Assembly (NCBI GenBank): GCA_036172245.1
Contig: JAYWIR010000100.1
Span: forward strand, 124,001 to 188,000
Length of the DNA: 64,000 nt
Origin: Raillietiella orientalis
Lineage: Eukaryota
Direction of reading: 5' to 3'
Shown here: positions 39,801 to 54,800 of the stretch, in pieces
Numbering within the stretch: position 1 is the stretch's first letter
Layout: every line of letters begins with the position of its first letter
Notes under the pieces: model-generated
Seen by the model: the letters and a program-made list of their open reading frames with translations, nothing else
Databases searched by the model: none
What the model was told of the DNA's origin: nothing
Position numbers and translations under genes: made by a program

Positions 39801-42800
39801 TCTCCATGACATGAATTTGCCACTCACTGAAAATAGATGCTTCGTGAGGAGGAGCAAAATTGCAATGGTGAAATCCCCTGATTTCGAATTGATTACAAAA
39901 CCTGAAAAGTTGCAAATTACTACCATATTATGAAGCAGAACGAAGTATAAGATTCCTCTTCTAGGTAGAACACTGTTTACCATGAAGACAACACAGAGAC
40001 CAAAGTAACACCCCCTAATCTGATTTCGAACACTTCTTAGTCATGCTCTGAAATCAGGAAAATGGAAGGCCGTGAGCCTCTCCATGACGGGAATTTGCAC
40101 TCACTGAAAATGTTTGCTTAGTAAAAAGGCGCAAAAGTGCTATAGTAAAATCCCCTGATTTCCAATTGTTTACAAACCATGAAAGTTTGCAAGTTTTTAC
40201 CACATACTGAATTAGAGCGAAGGAAACAATTCCTCTTCTAGGTACTACACTGGTTACCATGAAAACAACACAGAGACCAAAGTGCCACGGCCTAATGAAA
40301 TTTCGAACTCTTCTTAATCATGCTCTGAAATTAGGAAATTGGAAGGACTTGAGCCTCTCCATGACGCGAATTTGCCACTCACTGGAAATAGATGCTTCGT
40401 GAAGAGGTGCAAAACTGCCATGGAGAAATCCCCTGATTTCGAATTGATCACCAAGCCTGAAAGGTTGCAAATTTTTGCCACATCTTGAATCAGAGCGAAG
40501 TATAAAATTCCTCTTCTAGGAACGACAGTGGTTACCATGAAGACAACACAGAGACCAAAGTAACACCCCCTAATCTGATTTCGAACACTTCTTAGTCATG
40601 CTCTGAAATCAGGAAAATGGAAGGCCGTGAGCCTCTCCATGACGGGAATTTGCCACTCACTGAAAATGTTTGCTTAGTAAAAAGGCGTAAAAGTGCTATA
40701 GTAAAATCCCCTGATTTCCAATTGGTTACAAACCCTGAAAGTTTGCAAATTTTTACCACATACTGAAGTAGAGCGAAGGAAAAAATTCCTCTTCTACGTA
40801 CGACACTGGTTACTATGAAAACAACAGATAGACAAAAGTGCCACGCCCTAATCTAATTTCGAACACTTCATAATCATGCTCTGAAATCGGGAAATTGGTA
40901 GGCCTTTAGACTCTCCATGACGGGAATTTGGCACTTACTGCAAATGGATGCTTACTGAAAAGGGTCAATATTGCAACAGTTATATCCCCTGATTTCCAAT
41001 TGTTTACAAAGCCTGAAAGGATGCAAATTTCTACCACATCATGAATCAGAGCGAAGTATAAGATTCCTCTTCTAGGGACGACACTGCTTACCATGAAAAC
41101 AACACAGAGACTAAAGTGCCACGCCCTAACCTATTTTCGACCTCTTCTTAGTCATCCTCTCAAATCAGGAAAATGGAAGGCCGTGAGCCTCTCCATGACA
41201 TGAATTTGCCACTCACTGCAAATAGATGCTTCGTGAAGAGGAGCAAAATTGCAATGGTGAAATCGCCTGATTTCGAATTGATTACAAAACCTGAAAAGTT
41301 GCAAATTACTACCATATTATGAAGCAGAACGAAGTATAAGATTCCTCTTCTAGTTAGGACACTGTTTACCATGAAGACAACACAGAGACCAAAGTAACAC
41401 CCCCTAATCTGATTTCGAACACTTCTTAGTCATGCTCTGAAATCAGGAAAATGGAAGGCCGTGAGCCTCTCCATGACGGGAATTTGCACTCACTGAAAAT
41501 GTTTGCTTAGTAAAAAGGCGCAAAAGTGCTATAGTAAAATCCCCTGATTTCCAATTGTTTACAAACCATGAAAGTTTGCAAGTTTTTACCACATACTGAA
41601 TTAGAGCGAAGGAAACAATTCCTCTTCTAGGTACTACACTGGTTACCATGAAAACAACACAGAGACCAAAGTGCCACGGCCTAATGAAATTTCGAACTCT
41701 TCTTAATCATGCTCTGAAATTAGGAAATTGGAAGGACTTGAGCCTCTCCATGACGCGAATTTGCCACTCACTGGAAATAGATGCTTCGTGAAGAGGTGCA
41801 AAACTGCCATGGAGAAATCCCCTGATTTCGAATTGATCACCAAGCCTGAAAGGTTGCAAATTTTTGCCACATCTTGAATCAGAGCGAAGTATAAGATTCC
41901 TCTTCTATAAACGGCAGTGGTTACCATGAAGACAACACAGAGACCAAAGTAACACCCCCTAATCTGATTTCGAACACTTCTTAGTCATGCTCTGAAATCA
42001 GGAAAATGGAAGGCCGTGAGCCTCTCCATGACGGGAATTTGCCACTCACTGAAAATGTTTGCTTAGTAAAAAGGCGTAAAAGTGCTATAGTAAAATCCCC
42101 TGATTTCCAATTGGTTACAAACCATGAAAGTTTGCAAATTTTTACCACATACTGAATTAGAGCGAAGGAAACAATTCCTCTTCTAGGTACGACACTGCTT
42201 ACCATGAAAACAACACAGAGACCAAAGTGCCACGCCCTAATCTAATTTCGAACACTTCATAATCATGCTCTGAAATCGGGAAATTGGTAGGCCTTTAGAC
42301 TCTCCATGACGGGAATTTGGCACTCACTGCAAATGGATGCTTACTGAAAAGGGTCAATATTGCAACAGTTATATCCCCTGATTTCCAATTGTTTACAAAG
42401 CCTGAAAGGATGCAAATTTCTACCACATCATGAATCAGAGCGAAGTATAAGATTCCTCTTCTAGGGACGACACTGCTTACCATGAAAACAACACAGAGAC
42501 TAAAGTGCCACGCCCTAACCTATTTTCGACCTCTTCTTAGTCATCCTCTCAAATCAGGAAAATGGAAGGCCGTGAGCCTCTCCATGACATGAATTGGCCA
42601 CTCACTGCAAATTGAAGCATCGTGAAGAGGAGCAAAAATGCAATGGTGAAATCCCCTGATTTCGAATTGATTACAAAGCCTGTAAGGTAGCAAATTTTTA
42701 CCACATCATGGATCAGAGCGAACGAAAATATTCCTCTTCTAGGTACGACACTGCTTACCATGAAAACAACACAGAGACCAAAGTGTCACCCCCTAATCTA

Positions 42801-45800
42801 ATTTCGAACACTTCTTAATCATCCGCAGTAATCAGGAAATTGGAAGGCCTTGAGGCTTTCGATGACGGAAATTTGCCACTCACTGCAAATGTATGCTTAG
42901 TGAAAAGGCGCAAAAGTGCTATAGTAAAATCCCCTGATTTCCAATAGTTTACAAACCATGAAAGTTTGCAAGTTTTTACCACATACTGAATTAGAGCGAA
43001 GGAAACAATTCCTCTTCTAGGTACTACACTGGTTACCATGAAAACAACATAGAGACCAAAGTGCCACGTCCTAATGAAATTTCGAACTCTTCTTAATCAT
43101 GCTCTGAAATTAGGAAATTGGAAGGACTTGAGACTCTCCATGACGCGAATTTGCCACTAACTGGAAATAGATGCTTCGTGAAGAGGTGCAAAACTGCCAT
43201 GGAGAAATCCCCTGATTTCGAATTGATCACCAAGCCTGAAAGGTTGCAAATTTTTGCCACATCTTGAATCAGAGCGAAGTATAAAATTCCTCTTCTAGGA
43301 ACGACAGTGGTTACCATGAAGACAACACAGAGACCAAAGTAACACCCCCTAATCTGATATCGAACACTTCTTATTCATGCTCTGAAATCAGGAAAATGGA
43401 AGGCCGTGAGCCTCTCCATGACGGGAATTTGCCACTCACTGAAAATGTTTGCTTAGTAAAAAGGCGTAAAAGTGCTATAGTAAAATCCCCTGATTTCCAA
43501 TTGGTTACAAACCCTGAAAGTTTGCAAATTTTTACCACATACTGAAGTAGAGCGAAGGAAAAAATTCCTCTTCTACGTACGACACTGGTTACTATGAAAA
43601 CAACAGATAGACAAAAGTGCCACGCCCTAATCTTATTTCGAACACTTCATAATCATGCTCTGAAATCGGGAAATTGGTAGGCCTTTATACTCTCCATGAG
43701 GGGAATTTGGAACTTACTGCAAATGGATGCTTACTGAAAAGGGTCAATATTGCAACAGTTATATCCCCTGATTTCCAATTGTTTACAAAGCCTGAAAGGA
43801 TGCAAACTTCTACCACATCATGAATCAGAGCGAAGTATAAGATTCCTCTTCTAGGTAGAACACTGTTTACCATGAAGACAACACAGAGACCAAAGTAACA
43901 CCCCCTAATCTGATTTCGAACACTTCTTAGTGATGCTCTGAAATCAGGAAAATGGAAGGCCGTGAGCCTCTCCATGACGGGAATTTGCCACTCACTGAAA
44001 ATGTTTGCTTAGTAAAAAGGCGTAAAAGTGCTATAGTAAAATCCCCTGATTTCCAATTGGTTACAAACCATGAAAGTTTGCAAATTTTTACCACATACTG
44101 AATTAGAGCGAAGGAAACAATTCCTCTTCTAGGTACGACACTGCTTACCATGAAAACAACACAGAGACCAAAGTGCCACACCCTAACCTAATTTCGAACT
44201 CTTCTTAGTCATCCTCTGAAATCAGGAAATTGGAATGCCGTGAGGCTCTCCATGACGGGAATTTGCCACTCACTGAAAATGTTTGCTTAGTAAAAAGGCG
44301 CAAAATTGCTATAGTAAAATCCCCTGATTTCCAATTGGTTACAAAGCCTGAAAGTTTGCAAGTTCTTACCACATAATGAATTAGAGTGAAGGAAACAATT
44401 CCTCTTCTAGGTACGACACTGGTTACTATGAAAACAACAGATAGGCAAAAGTGCCACGCCCTAATCTAATTTCGAACACTTCATAATCATCCTCTGAAAT
44501 CGGGAAATTGGAAGGCCTTGAGTCTCTTCATGACGGGAATTTGCCACTTACTGCAATTGGATGCTTACTGAAAAGGCGCAATTGTGCAACAGTAATATCC
44601 CCTGATTTTTAGTTGATTACAAAGCATGAAAGGATGCAAATTTCTAGCACATCATGAATGAGAGCGAAGTATAAGATTCGTCTTCTAAGTACGACACTGC
44701 TTACCATGAAAACGACACAGAGACCAAAGTGACACGCCCTAACCTATTTTCGACCTCTTCTTAGTCATCCTCTGAAATCAGGAAATTGGAAGGCCGTGAG
44801 CCTCTCCATCACATGAATTTGCCACTCACTGCAAATAGCTGCTTCGTGAAGAGGAGCAAAACTGCAATGGAGAAATCCCCGGGTTTCGAATTGATTACAC
44901 AGCCAGTAAAGTAGCAAATTTTTACCACTCTATGGATCAGAGCGAACGAAAATATTCCTCTTCTTGGAACGACAGTGGTTACCATTAAGACAACACAGAA
45001 ACCAAGGTACCACCCCCTAATCTAATTTCGAAAACTTCTCAATCATCCTCTGAAATCAGGAAATTGGAAGTCCGTGAGCCTCTCCATGACATGAATTTGC
45101 CACTCACTGAAAAAAGATGCTTCGTGAGGAGGAGCAAAATTGCAATGGTGAAATCCCCTGATTTCGAATTGATTACAAAACCTGAAAAGTTGCAAAATAC
45201 TACCATATTATGAAGCAGAACGAAGTATAAGATTCCTCTTCTAGGTAGGACACTGTTTACCATGAAGACAACACAGAGACCAAAGTAACACCCCCTAATC
45301 TGATTTCGAACACTTCTTAGTCATGCTCTGAAATCAGGAAAATGGAAGGCCGTGAGCCTCTCCATGACGGGAATTTGCACTCACTGAAAATGTTTGCTTA
45401 GTAAAAAGGCGCAAAAGTGCTATAGTAAAATCCCCTGATTTCCAATTGTTTACAAACCATGAAAGTTTGCAAGTTTTTACCACATACTGAATTAGAGCGA
45501 AGGAAACAATTCCTCTTCTAGGTACTACACTGGTTACCATGAAAACAACATAGAGACCAAAGTGCCACGGCCTAATGAAATTTCGAACTCTTCTTAATCA
45601 TGCTCTGAAATTAGGAAATTGGAAGGACTTGAGCCTCTCCATGACGCGAATTTGCCACTCACTGGAAATAGATGCTTCGTGAAGAGGTGCAAAACTGCCA
45701 TGGAGAAATCCCCTGATTTCGAATTGATCACCAAGCCTGAAAGGTTGCAAATTTTTGCCACATCTTGAATCAGAGCGAAGTATAAGATTCCTCTTCTAGG

Positions 45801-48800
45801 AACGACAGTGGTTACCATGAAGACAACACAGAGACCAAAGTAACACCCCATAATCTGATTTCGAACACTTCTTAGTCATGCTCTGAAATCAGGAAAATGG
45901 AAGGCCGTGAGCCTCTCCATGACGGGAATTTGCCACTCACTGAAAATGTTTGCTTAGTAAAAAGGCGTAAAAGTGCTATAGTAAAATCCCCTGATTTCCA
46001 ATTGCTTACAAACCATCAAAGTTTGCAAATCTTTACCACATACTGAAGTAGAGCGAAGGAAAAAATTCCTCTTCTACGTACGACACTGGTTACTATGAAA
46101 ACAACAGATAGACAAAAGTGCCACGCCCTAATCTAATTTCGAAAACTTCATAATCATGCTCTGAAATCGGGAAATTGGTAGGCCTTTAGACTCTCCATGA
46201 CGGGAATTTGGCACTTACTGCAAATGGATGCTTACTGAAAAGGGTCAATATTGCAACAGTTATATCCCCTGATTTCCAATTGTTTACAAAGCCTGAAAGG
46301 ATGCAAATTTCTACCACATCATGAATCAGAGCGAAGTATAAGATTCCTCTTCTAGGTAGAACACTGTTTACCATGAAGACAACACAGAGACCAAAGTAAC
46401 ACCCCCTAATCTGATTTCGAACACTTCTTAGTCATGCTCTGAAATCAGGAAAATGGAAGGCCTTGAGGCTTTCGATGACGGAAATTTGCCACTCACTGCA
46501 AATGTATGCTTAGTGAAAAGGCGCAAAAGTGCTATAGTAAAATCCCCTCATTTCCAATTGGTTACAAACCCTGAAAGTTTGCAAATTTTTACCACATACT
46601 GAAGTAGAGCGAAGGAAAAAAATTCCTCTTCTACGTACGACACTGGTTACTATGAAAACAACAGATAGACAAAAGTGCCACGCCCTAATCTAATTTCGAA
46701 CACTTCATAATCATGCTCTGAAATCGGGAAATTGGTAGGCCTTTAGACTCTCCATGACGGGAATTTGGCACTCACTGCAAATGGATGCTTACTGAAAAGG
46801 GTCAATATTGCAACAGTTATATCCCCTGATTTCCAATTGTTTACAAAGCCTGAAAGGATGCAAATTTCTACCACATCATGAATCAGAGCGAAGTATAAGA
46901 TTCCTCTTCTAGGGACGACACTGCTTACCATGAAAACAACACAGAGACTAAAGTGCCACGCCCTAACCTATTTTCGACCTCTTCTTAGTCATCCTCTCAA
47001 ATCAGGAAAATGGAAGGCCGTGAGCCTCTCCATGACATGAATTTGCAGCTCACTGCAAACAGACGCTTCGTGAAGAGGCGCAAAAGTGCAATGGTGAAAT
47101 CTGCTGACTTCGAAGTGATTACAACCCCCTAAAAGTTGCAAATTTGGACCATATAATCAATCAGAGCATAGGGAAACATTGTCTTTCTATCTCCGACACT
47201 GGTTACCATGAAAACCACACAGAGACCAAAGTGGCACACCCTAATGAAACTTCGAAGTCATCTCAATGTTCTTCTGAACCAAGGAAATTGGAAGGTTGTG
47301 AGGGTTTCCATGAAGGTAATTTGCAGCTCACTGCAAATGTATGCTTCGTAAAAAGGCGCAAAAGTGCTATAGTAAAATCCCCTGATTTCCAATTGTTTAC
47401 AAACCATGAAAGTTTGCAAGTTTTTACCACATACTGAATTAGAGCGAAGGAAACAATTCCTCTTCTAGGTACTACACTGGTTACCATGAAAACAACACAG
47501 AGACCAAAGTGCCACGGCCTAATGAAATTTCGAACTCTTCTTAATCATGCTCAGAAATTAGGAAATTGGAAGGACTTGAGCCTCTCCATGACGCGAATTT
47601 GCCACTCACTGGAAATAGATGCTTCGTGAAGAGGTGCAAAACTGCCATGGAGAAATCCCCTGATTTCGAATTGATCACCAAGCCTGAAAGGTTGCAAATT
47701 TTTGCCACATCTTGAATCAGAGCGAAGTATAAGATTCCTCTTCTATAAACGGCAGTGGTTACCATGAAGACAACACAGAGACCAAAGTAACACCCCCTAA
47801 TCTGATTTCGAACACTTCTTAGTCATGCTCTGAAATCAGGAAAATGGAAGGCCGTGAGCCTCTCCATGACGGGAATTTGCCACTCACTGAAAATGTTTGC
47901 TTAGTAAAAAGGCGTAAAAGTGCTATAGTAAAATCCCCTGATTTCCAATTGGTTACAAACCATGAAAGTTTGCAAATTTTTACCACATACTGAATTAGAG
48001 CGAAGGAAACAATTCCTCTTCTAGGTACGACACTGCTTACCATGAAAACAACACAGAGACCAAAGTGCCACGCCCTAATCTAATTTCGAACACTTCATAA
48101 TCATGCTCTGAAATCGGGAAATTGGTAGGCCTTTAGACTCTCCATGACGGGAATTTGGCACTCACTGCAAATGGATGCTTACTGAAAAGGGTCAATATTG
48201 CAACAGTTATATCCCCTGATTTCCAATTGTTTACAAAGCCTGAAAGGATGCAAATTTCTACCACATCATGAATCAGAGCGAAGTATAAGATTCCTCTTCT
48301 AGGGACGACACTGCTTACCATGAAAACAACACAGAGACTAAAGTGCCACGCCCTAACCTATTTTCGACCTCTTCTTAGTCATCCTCTCAAATCAGGAAAA
48401 TGGAAGGCCGTGAGCCTCTCCATGACATGAATTGGCCACTCACTGCAAATTGAAGCATCGTGAAGAGGAGCAAAAATGCAATGGTGAAATCCCCTGATTT
48501 CGAATTGATTACAAAGCCTGTAAGGTAGCAAATTTTTACCACATCATGGATCAGAGCGAACGAAAATATTCCTCTTCTAGGTACGACACTGCTTACCATG
48601 AAAACAACACAGAGACCAAAGTGTCACCCCCTAATCTAATTTCGAACACTTCTTAATCATCCGCAGTAATCAGGAAATTGGAAGGCCTTGAGGCTTTCGA
48701 TGACGGAAATTTGCCACTCACTGCAAATGTATGCTTAGTGAAAAGGCGCAAAAGTGCTATAGTAAAATCCCCTGATTTCCAATTGTTTACAAACCATGAA

Positions 48801-51800
48801 AGTTTGCAAGTTTTTACCACATACTGAATTAGAGCGAAGGAAACAATTCCTCTTCTAGGTACTACACTGGTTACCATGAAAACAACATAGAGACAAAAGT
48901 GCCACGTCCTAATGAAATTTCGAACTCTTCTTAATCATGCTCTGAAATTAGGAAATTGGAAGGACTTGAGACTCTCCATGACGCGAATTTGCCACTCACT
49001 GGAAATAGATGCTTCGTGAAGAGGTGCAAAACTGCCATGGAGAAATCCCCTGATTTCGAATTGATCACCAAGCCTGAAAGGTTGCAAATTTTTGCCACAT
49101 CTTGAATCAGAGCGAAGTATAAGATTCCTCTTCTAGGAACGACAGTGGTTACCATGAAGACAACACAGAGACCAAAGTAACACCCCCTAATCTGATTTCG
49201 AACACTTCTTAGTCATGCTCTGAAATCAGGAAAATGGAAGGCCGTGAGCCTCTCCATGACGGGAATTTGCCACTCACTGAAAATGTTTGCTTAGTAAAAA
49301 GGCGTAAAAGTGCTATAGTAAAATCCCCTGATTTCCAATTGCTTACAAACCATGAAAGTTTGCAAATTTTTACCACATACTGAAGTAGAGCGAAGGAAAA
49401 AATTCCTCTTCTACGTACGACACTGGTTACTATGAAAACAACAGATAGACAAAAGTGCCACGCCCTAATCTAATTTCGAAAACTTCATAATCATGCTCTG
49501 AAATCGGGAAATTGGTAGGCCTTTAGACTCTCCATGACGGGAATTTGGCACTTACTGCAAATGGATGCTTACTGAAAAGGGTCAATATTGCAACAGTTAT
49601 ATCCCCTGATTTCCAATTGTTTACAAAGCCTGAAAGGATGCAAATTTCTACCACATCATGAATCAGAGCGAAGTATAAGATTCCTCTTCTAGGTAGAACA
49701 CTGTTTACCATGAAGACAACACAGAGACCAAAGTAACACCCCCTAATCTGATTTCGAACACTTCTTAGTCATGCTCTGAAATCAGGAAAATGGAAGGCCT
49801 TGAGGCTTTCGATGACGGAAATTTGCCACTCACTGCAAATGTATGCTTAGTGAAAAGGCGCAAAAGTGCTATAGTAAAATCCCCTCATTTCCAATTGGTT
49901 ACAAACCCTGAAAGTTTGCAAATTTTTACCACATACTGAAGTAGAGCGAAGGAAAAAAATTCCTCTTCTACGTACGACACTGGTTACTATGAAAACAACA
50001 GATAGACAAAAGTGCCACGCCCTAATCTAATTTCGAACACTTCATAATCATGCTCTGAAATCGGGAAATTGGTAGGCCTTTAGACTCTCCATGACGGGAA
50101 TTTGGCACTCACTGCAAATGGATGCTTACTGAAAAGGGTCAATATTGCAACAGTTATATCCCCTGATTTCCAATTGTTTACAAAGCCTGAAAGGATGCAA
50201 ATTTCTACCACATCATGAATCAGAGCGAAGTATAAGATTCCTCTTCTAGGGACGACACTGCTTACCATGAAAACAACACAGAGACTAAAGTGCCACGCCC
50301 TAACCTATTTTCGACCTCTTCTTAGTCATCCTCTCAAATCAGGAAAATGGAAGGCCGTGAGCCTCTCCATGACGGGAATTTGCACTCACTGAAAATGTTT
50401 GCTTAGTAAAAAGGCGCAAAAGTGCTATAGTACAATCCCCTGATTTCCAATTGTTTACAAACCATGAAAGTTTGCAAGTTTTTACCACATACTGAATTAG
50501 AGCGAAGGAAACAATTCCTCTTCTAGGTACTACACTGGTTACCATGAAAACAACACAGAGACCAAAGTACCACGGCCTAATGAAATTTCGAACTCTTCTT
50601 AATCATGCTCTGAAATTAGGAAATTGGAAGGACTTGAGCCTCTCCATGACGCGAATTTGCCACTAACTGGAAATAGATGCTTCGTGAAGAGGTGCAAAAC
50701 TGCCATGGAGAAATCCCCTGATTTCGAATTGATCACCAAGCCTGAAAGGTTGCAAATTTTTGCCACATCTTGAATCAGAGCGAAGTATAAAATTCCTCTT
50801 CTAGGAACGACAGTGGTTACCATGAAGACAACACAGAGACCAAAGTAACACCCCCTAATCTGATATCGAACACTTCTTATTCATGCTCTGAAATCAGGAA
50901 AATGGAAGGCCGTGAGCCTCTCCATGACGGGAATTTGCCACTCACTGAAAATGTTTGCTTAGTAAAAAGGCGTAAAAGTGCTATAGTAAAATCCCCTGAT
51001 TTCCAATTGGTTACAAACCCTGAAAGTTTGCAAATTTTTACCACATACTGAAGTAGAGCGAAGGAAAAAATTCCTCTTCTACGTACGACACTGGTTACTA
51101 TGAAAACAACAGATAGACAAAAGTGCCACGCCCTAATCTTATTTCGAACACTTCATAATCATGCTCTGAAATCGGGAAATTGGTAGGCCTTTAGACTCTC
51201 CATGAGGGGAATTTGGAACTTACTGCAAATGGATGCTTACTGAAAAGGGTCAATATTGCAACAGTTATATCCCCTGATTTCCAATTGTTTACAAAGCCTG
51301 AAAGGATGCAAACTTCTACCACATCATGAATCAGAGCGAAGTATAAGATTCCTCTTCTAGGTAGAACACTGTTTACCATGAAGACAACACAGAGACCAAA
51401 GTAACACCCCCTAATCTGATTTCGAACACTTCTTAGTGATGCTCTGAAATCAGGAAAATGGAAGGCCGTGAGCCTCTCCATGACGGGAATTTGCCACTCA
51501 CTGAAAATGTTTGCTTAGTAAAAAGGCGTAAAAGTGCTATAGTAAAATCCCCTGATTTCCAATTGGTTACAAACCATGAAAGTTTGCAAATTTTTACCAC
51601 ATACTGAATTAGAGCGAAGGAAACAATTCCTCTTCTAGGTACGACACTGCTTACCATGAAAACAACACAGAGACCAAAGTGCCACACCCTAACCTAATTT
51701 CGAACTCTTCTTAGTCATCCTCTGAAATCAGGAAATTGGAATGCCGTGAGGCTCTCCATGACGGGAATTTGCCACTCACTGAAAATGTTTGCTTAGTAAA

Positions 51801-54800
51801 AAGGCGCAAAATTGCTATAGTAAAATCCCCTGATTTCCAATTGGTTACAAAGCCTGAAAGTTTGCAAGTTCTTACCACATAATGAATTAGAGTGAAGGAA
51901 ACAATTCCTCTTCTAGGTACGACACTGGTTACTATGAAAACAACAGATAGGCAAAAGTGCCACGCCCTAATCTAATTTCGAACACTTCATAATCATCCTC
52001 TGAAATCGGGAAATTGGAAGGCCTTGAGTCTCTTCATGACGGGAATTTGCCACTTACTGCAATTGGATGCTTACTGAAAAGGCGCAATTGTGCAACAGTA
52101 ATATCCCCTGATTTTTAGTTGATTACAAAGCATGAAAGGATGCAAATTTCTAGCACATCATGAATGAGAGCGAAGTATAAGATTCGTCTTCTAAGTACGA
52201 CACTGCTTACCATGAAAACGACACAGAGACCAAAGTGACACGCCCTAACCTATTTTCGACCTCTTCTTAGTCATCCTCTGAAATCAGGAAATTGGAAGGC
52301 CGTGAGCCTCTCCATCACATGAATTTGCCACTCACTGCAAATAGCTGCTTCGTGAAGAGGAGCAAAACTGCAATGGAGAAATCCCCGGGTTTCGAATTGA
52401 TTACACAGCCAGTAAAGTAGCAAATTTTTACCACTCTATGGATCAGAGCGAACGAAAATATTCCTCTTCTTGGAACGACAGTGGTTACCATTAAGACAAC
52501 ACAGAAACCAAGGTACCACCCCCTAATCTAATTTCGAAAACTTCTCAATCATCCTCTGAAATCAGGAAATTGGAAGTCCGTGAGCCTCTCCATGACATGA
52601 ATTTGCCACTCACTGAAAATAGATGCTTCGTGAGGAGGAGCAAAATTGCAATGGTGAAATCCCCTGATTTCGAATTGATTACAAAACCTGAAAAGTTGCA
52701 AAATACTACCATATTATGAAGCAGAACGAAGTATAAGATTCCTCTTCTAGGTAGGACACTGTTTACCATGAAGACAACACAGAGACCAAAGTAACACCCC
52801 CTAATCTGATTTCGAACACTTCTTAGTCATGCTCTGAAATCAGGAAAATGGAAGGCCGTGAGCCTCTCCATGACGGGAATTTGCACTCACTGAAAATGTT
52901 TGCTTAGTAAAAAGGCGCAAAAGTGCTATAGTAAAATCCCCTGATTTCCAATTGTTTACAAACCATGAAAGTTTGCAAGTTTTTACCACATACTGAATAA
53001 GAGCGAAGGAAACAATTCCTCTTCTAGGTACTACACTGGTTACCATGAATACAACATAGAGACCAAAGTGCCACGGCCTAATGAAATTTCGAACTCTTCT
53101 TAATCATGCTCTGAAATTAGGAAATTGGAAGGACTTGAGCCTCTCCATGACGCGAATTTGCCACTCACTGGAAATAGATGCTTCGTGAAGAGGTGCAAAA
53201 CTGCCATGGAGAAATCCCCTGATTTCGAATTGATCACCAAGCCTGAAAGGTTGCAAATTATTGCCACATCTTGAATCAGAGCGAAGTATAAGATTCCTCT
53301 TCTAGGAACGACAGTGGTTACCATGAAGACAACACAGAGACCAAAGTAACACCCCATAATCTGATTTCGAACACTTCTTAGTCATGCTTTGAAATCAGGA
53401 AAATGGAAGGCCGTGAGCCTCTCCATGACGGGAATTTGCCACTCACTGAAAATGTTTGCTTAGTAAAAAGGCGTAAAAGTGCTATAGTAATATCCCCTGA
53501 TTTCCAATTGGTCACAAACCATGAAAGTTTGCAAATTTTTACCACATACTGAATTAGAGCGAAGGAAACAATTCCTCTTCTAGGTACGACACTGCATACC
53601 ATGAAAACAACAAAGAGACCAAAGTGCCAAACCCTAACCTAATTTCGAACTCTTCTTAGTCATCCTCTGAAATCAGGAAATTGGAAGGCCGTGAGCCTCT
53701 CCATGACATGAATTGGTCACTCACTGCAAATTGATGCATCGTGAAGAGGAGCAAAACTGCAATGGTGAAATCCCCTGATTTCGGATTGATTACAAAGCCT
53801 GTAAAATAGCAAATTTTTACCACATCATGGATCAGAGCGTACGAAAATATTCCTCTTCTAGGTACGACACTGCTTACCATGAAAACAACACAGAGACCAA
53901 AGTGCCACGCCCTAACCTAATTTAGAACTCTTCTTACTCATGCTCTGAAATCAGGAAATTGGAAGGCCGTGAGCCTCTCCATGACATGAATTGGCCACTC
54001 ACTGCAAATTGATGCATCGTGAAGAGGAGCAAAACTGCAATGGTGAAATCCCCTGATTTCGAATTGATTACAAAGCCTGTAAGGTAGCAAATTTTTACCA
54101 CATCATAAATCAGAGCGAACGAAAATATTCCTCTTCTAGGTACGACACTGCTTACCATGAAAACAACACAGAGACCAAAGTGCCACCCCCTAATCTTATT
54201 TCGAACACTTCTTAGTCATGCTCTGAAATCAGGAAATTGGAAGGCCGTGAGCCTCTCCATGACATGAATTGGCCACTCACTGCAAATTGATGCATCGTGA
54301 AGAGGAGCAAAACTGCAATGGTGAAATCCCCTGATTTCGAATTGATTACAAAGCCTGTAAGGTAGCAAATTTTTACCACATCATAAATCAGAGCGAACGA
54401 AAATATTCCTCTTCTAGGTACGACACTGCTTACCATGAAAACAACACAGAGACCAAAGTGCCACCCCCTAATCTAATTTCGAACACTTCTTAATCATCCG
54501 CTGTAATCAGGAAATTGGAAGGCCTTGAGGCTTTCGATGACGGAAATTTGCCACTCACTGCAAATGTATGCTTAGTGAAAAGGCGCAAAAGTGCTATAGT
54601 AAAATCCCCTCATTTCCAATTGGTTACAAACCTTGAAAGTTTGCAAATTTTTACCACATACTGAAGTAGAGCGAAGGAAAAAATTCCTCTTCTACGTACG
54701 ACACTGGTTACTATGAAAACAACAGATAGACAAAAGTGCCACGCCCTAATCTTATTTCGAACACTTCATAATCATGCTCTGAAATCGGGAAATTGGTAGG

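Noticed and set aside
4006..47437. Plus-strand and alternative-frame ORFs (e.g. MLREEVQNC..., MALWSLCC..., the 132 aa ORF at 32390-32788)
   Set aside because: Chance open frames in individual monomer variants that overlap the other spurious ORFs.
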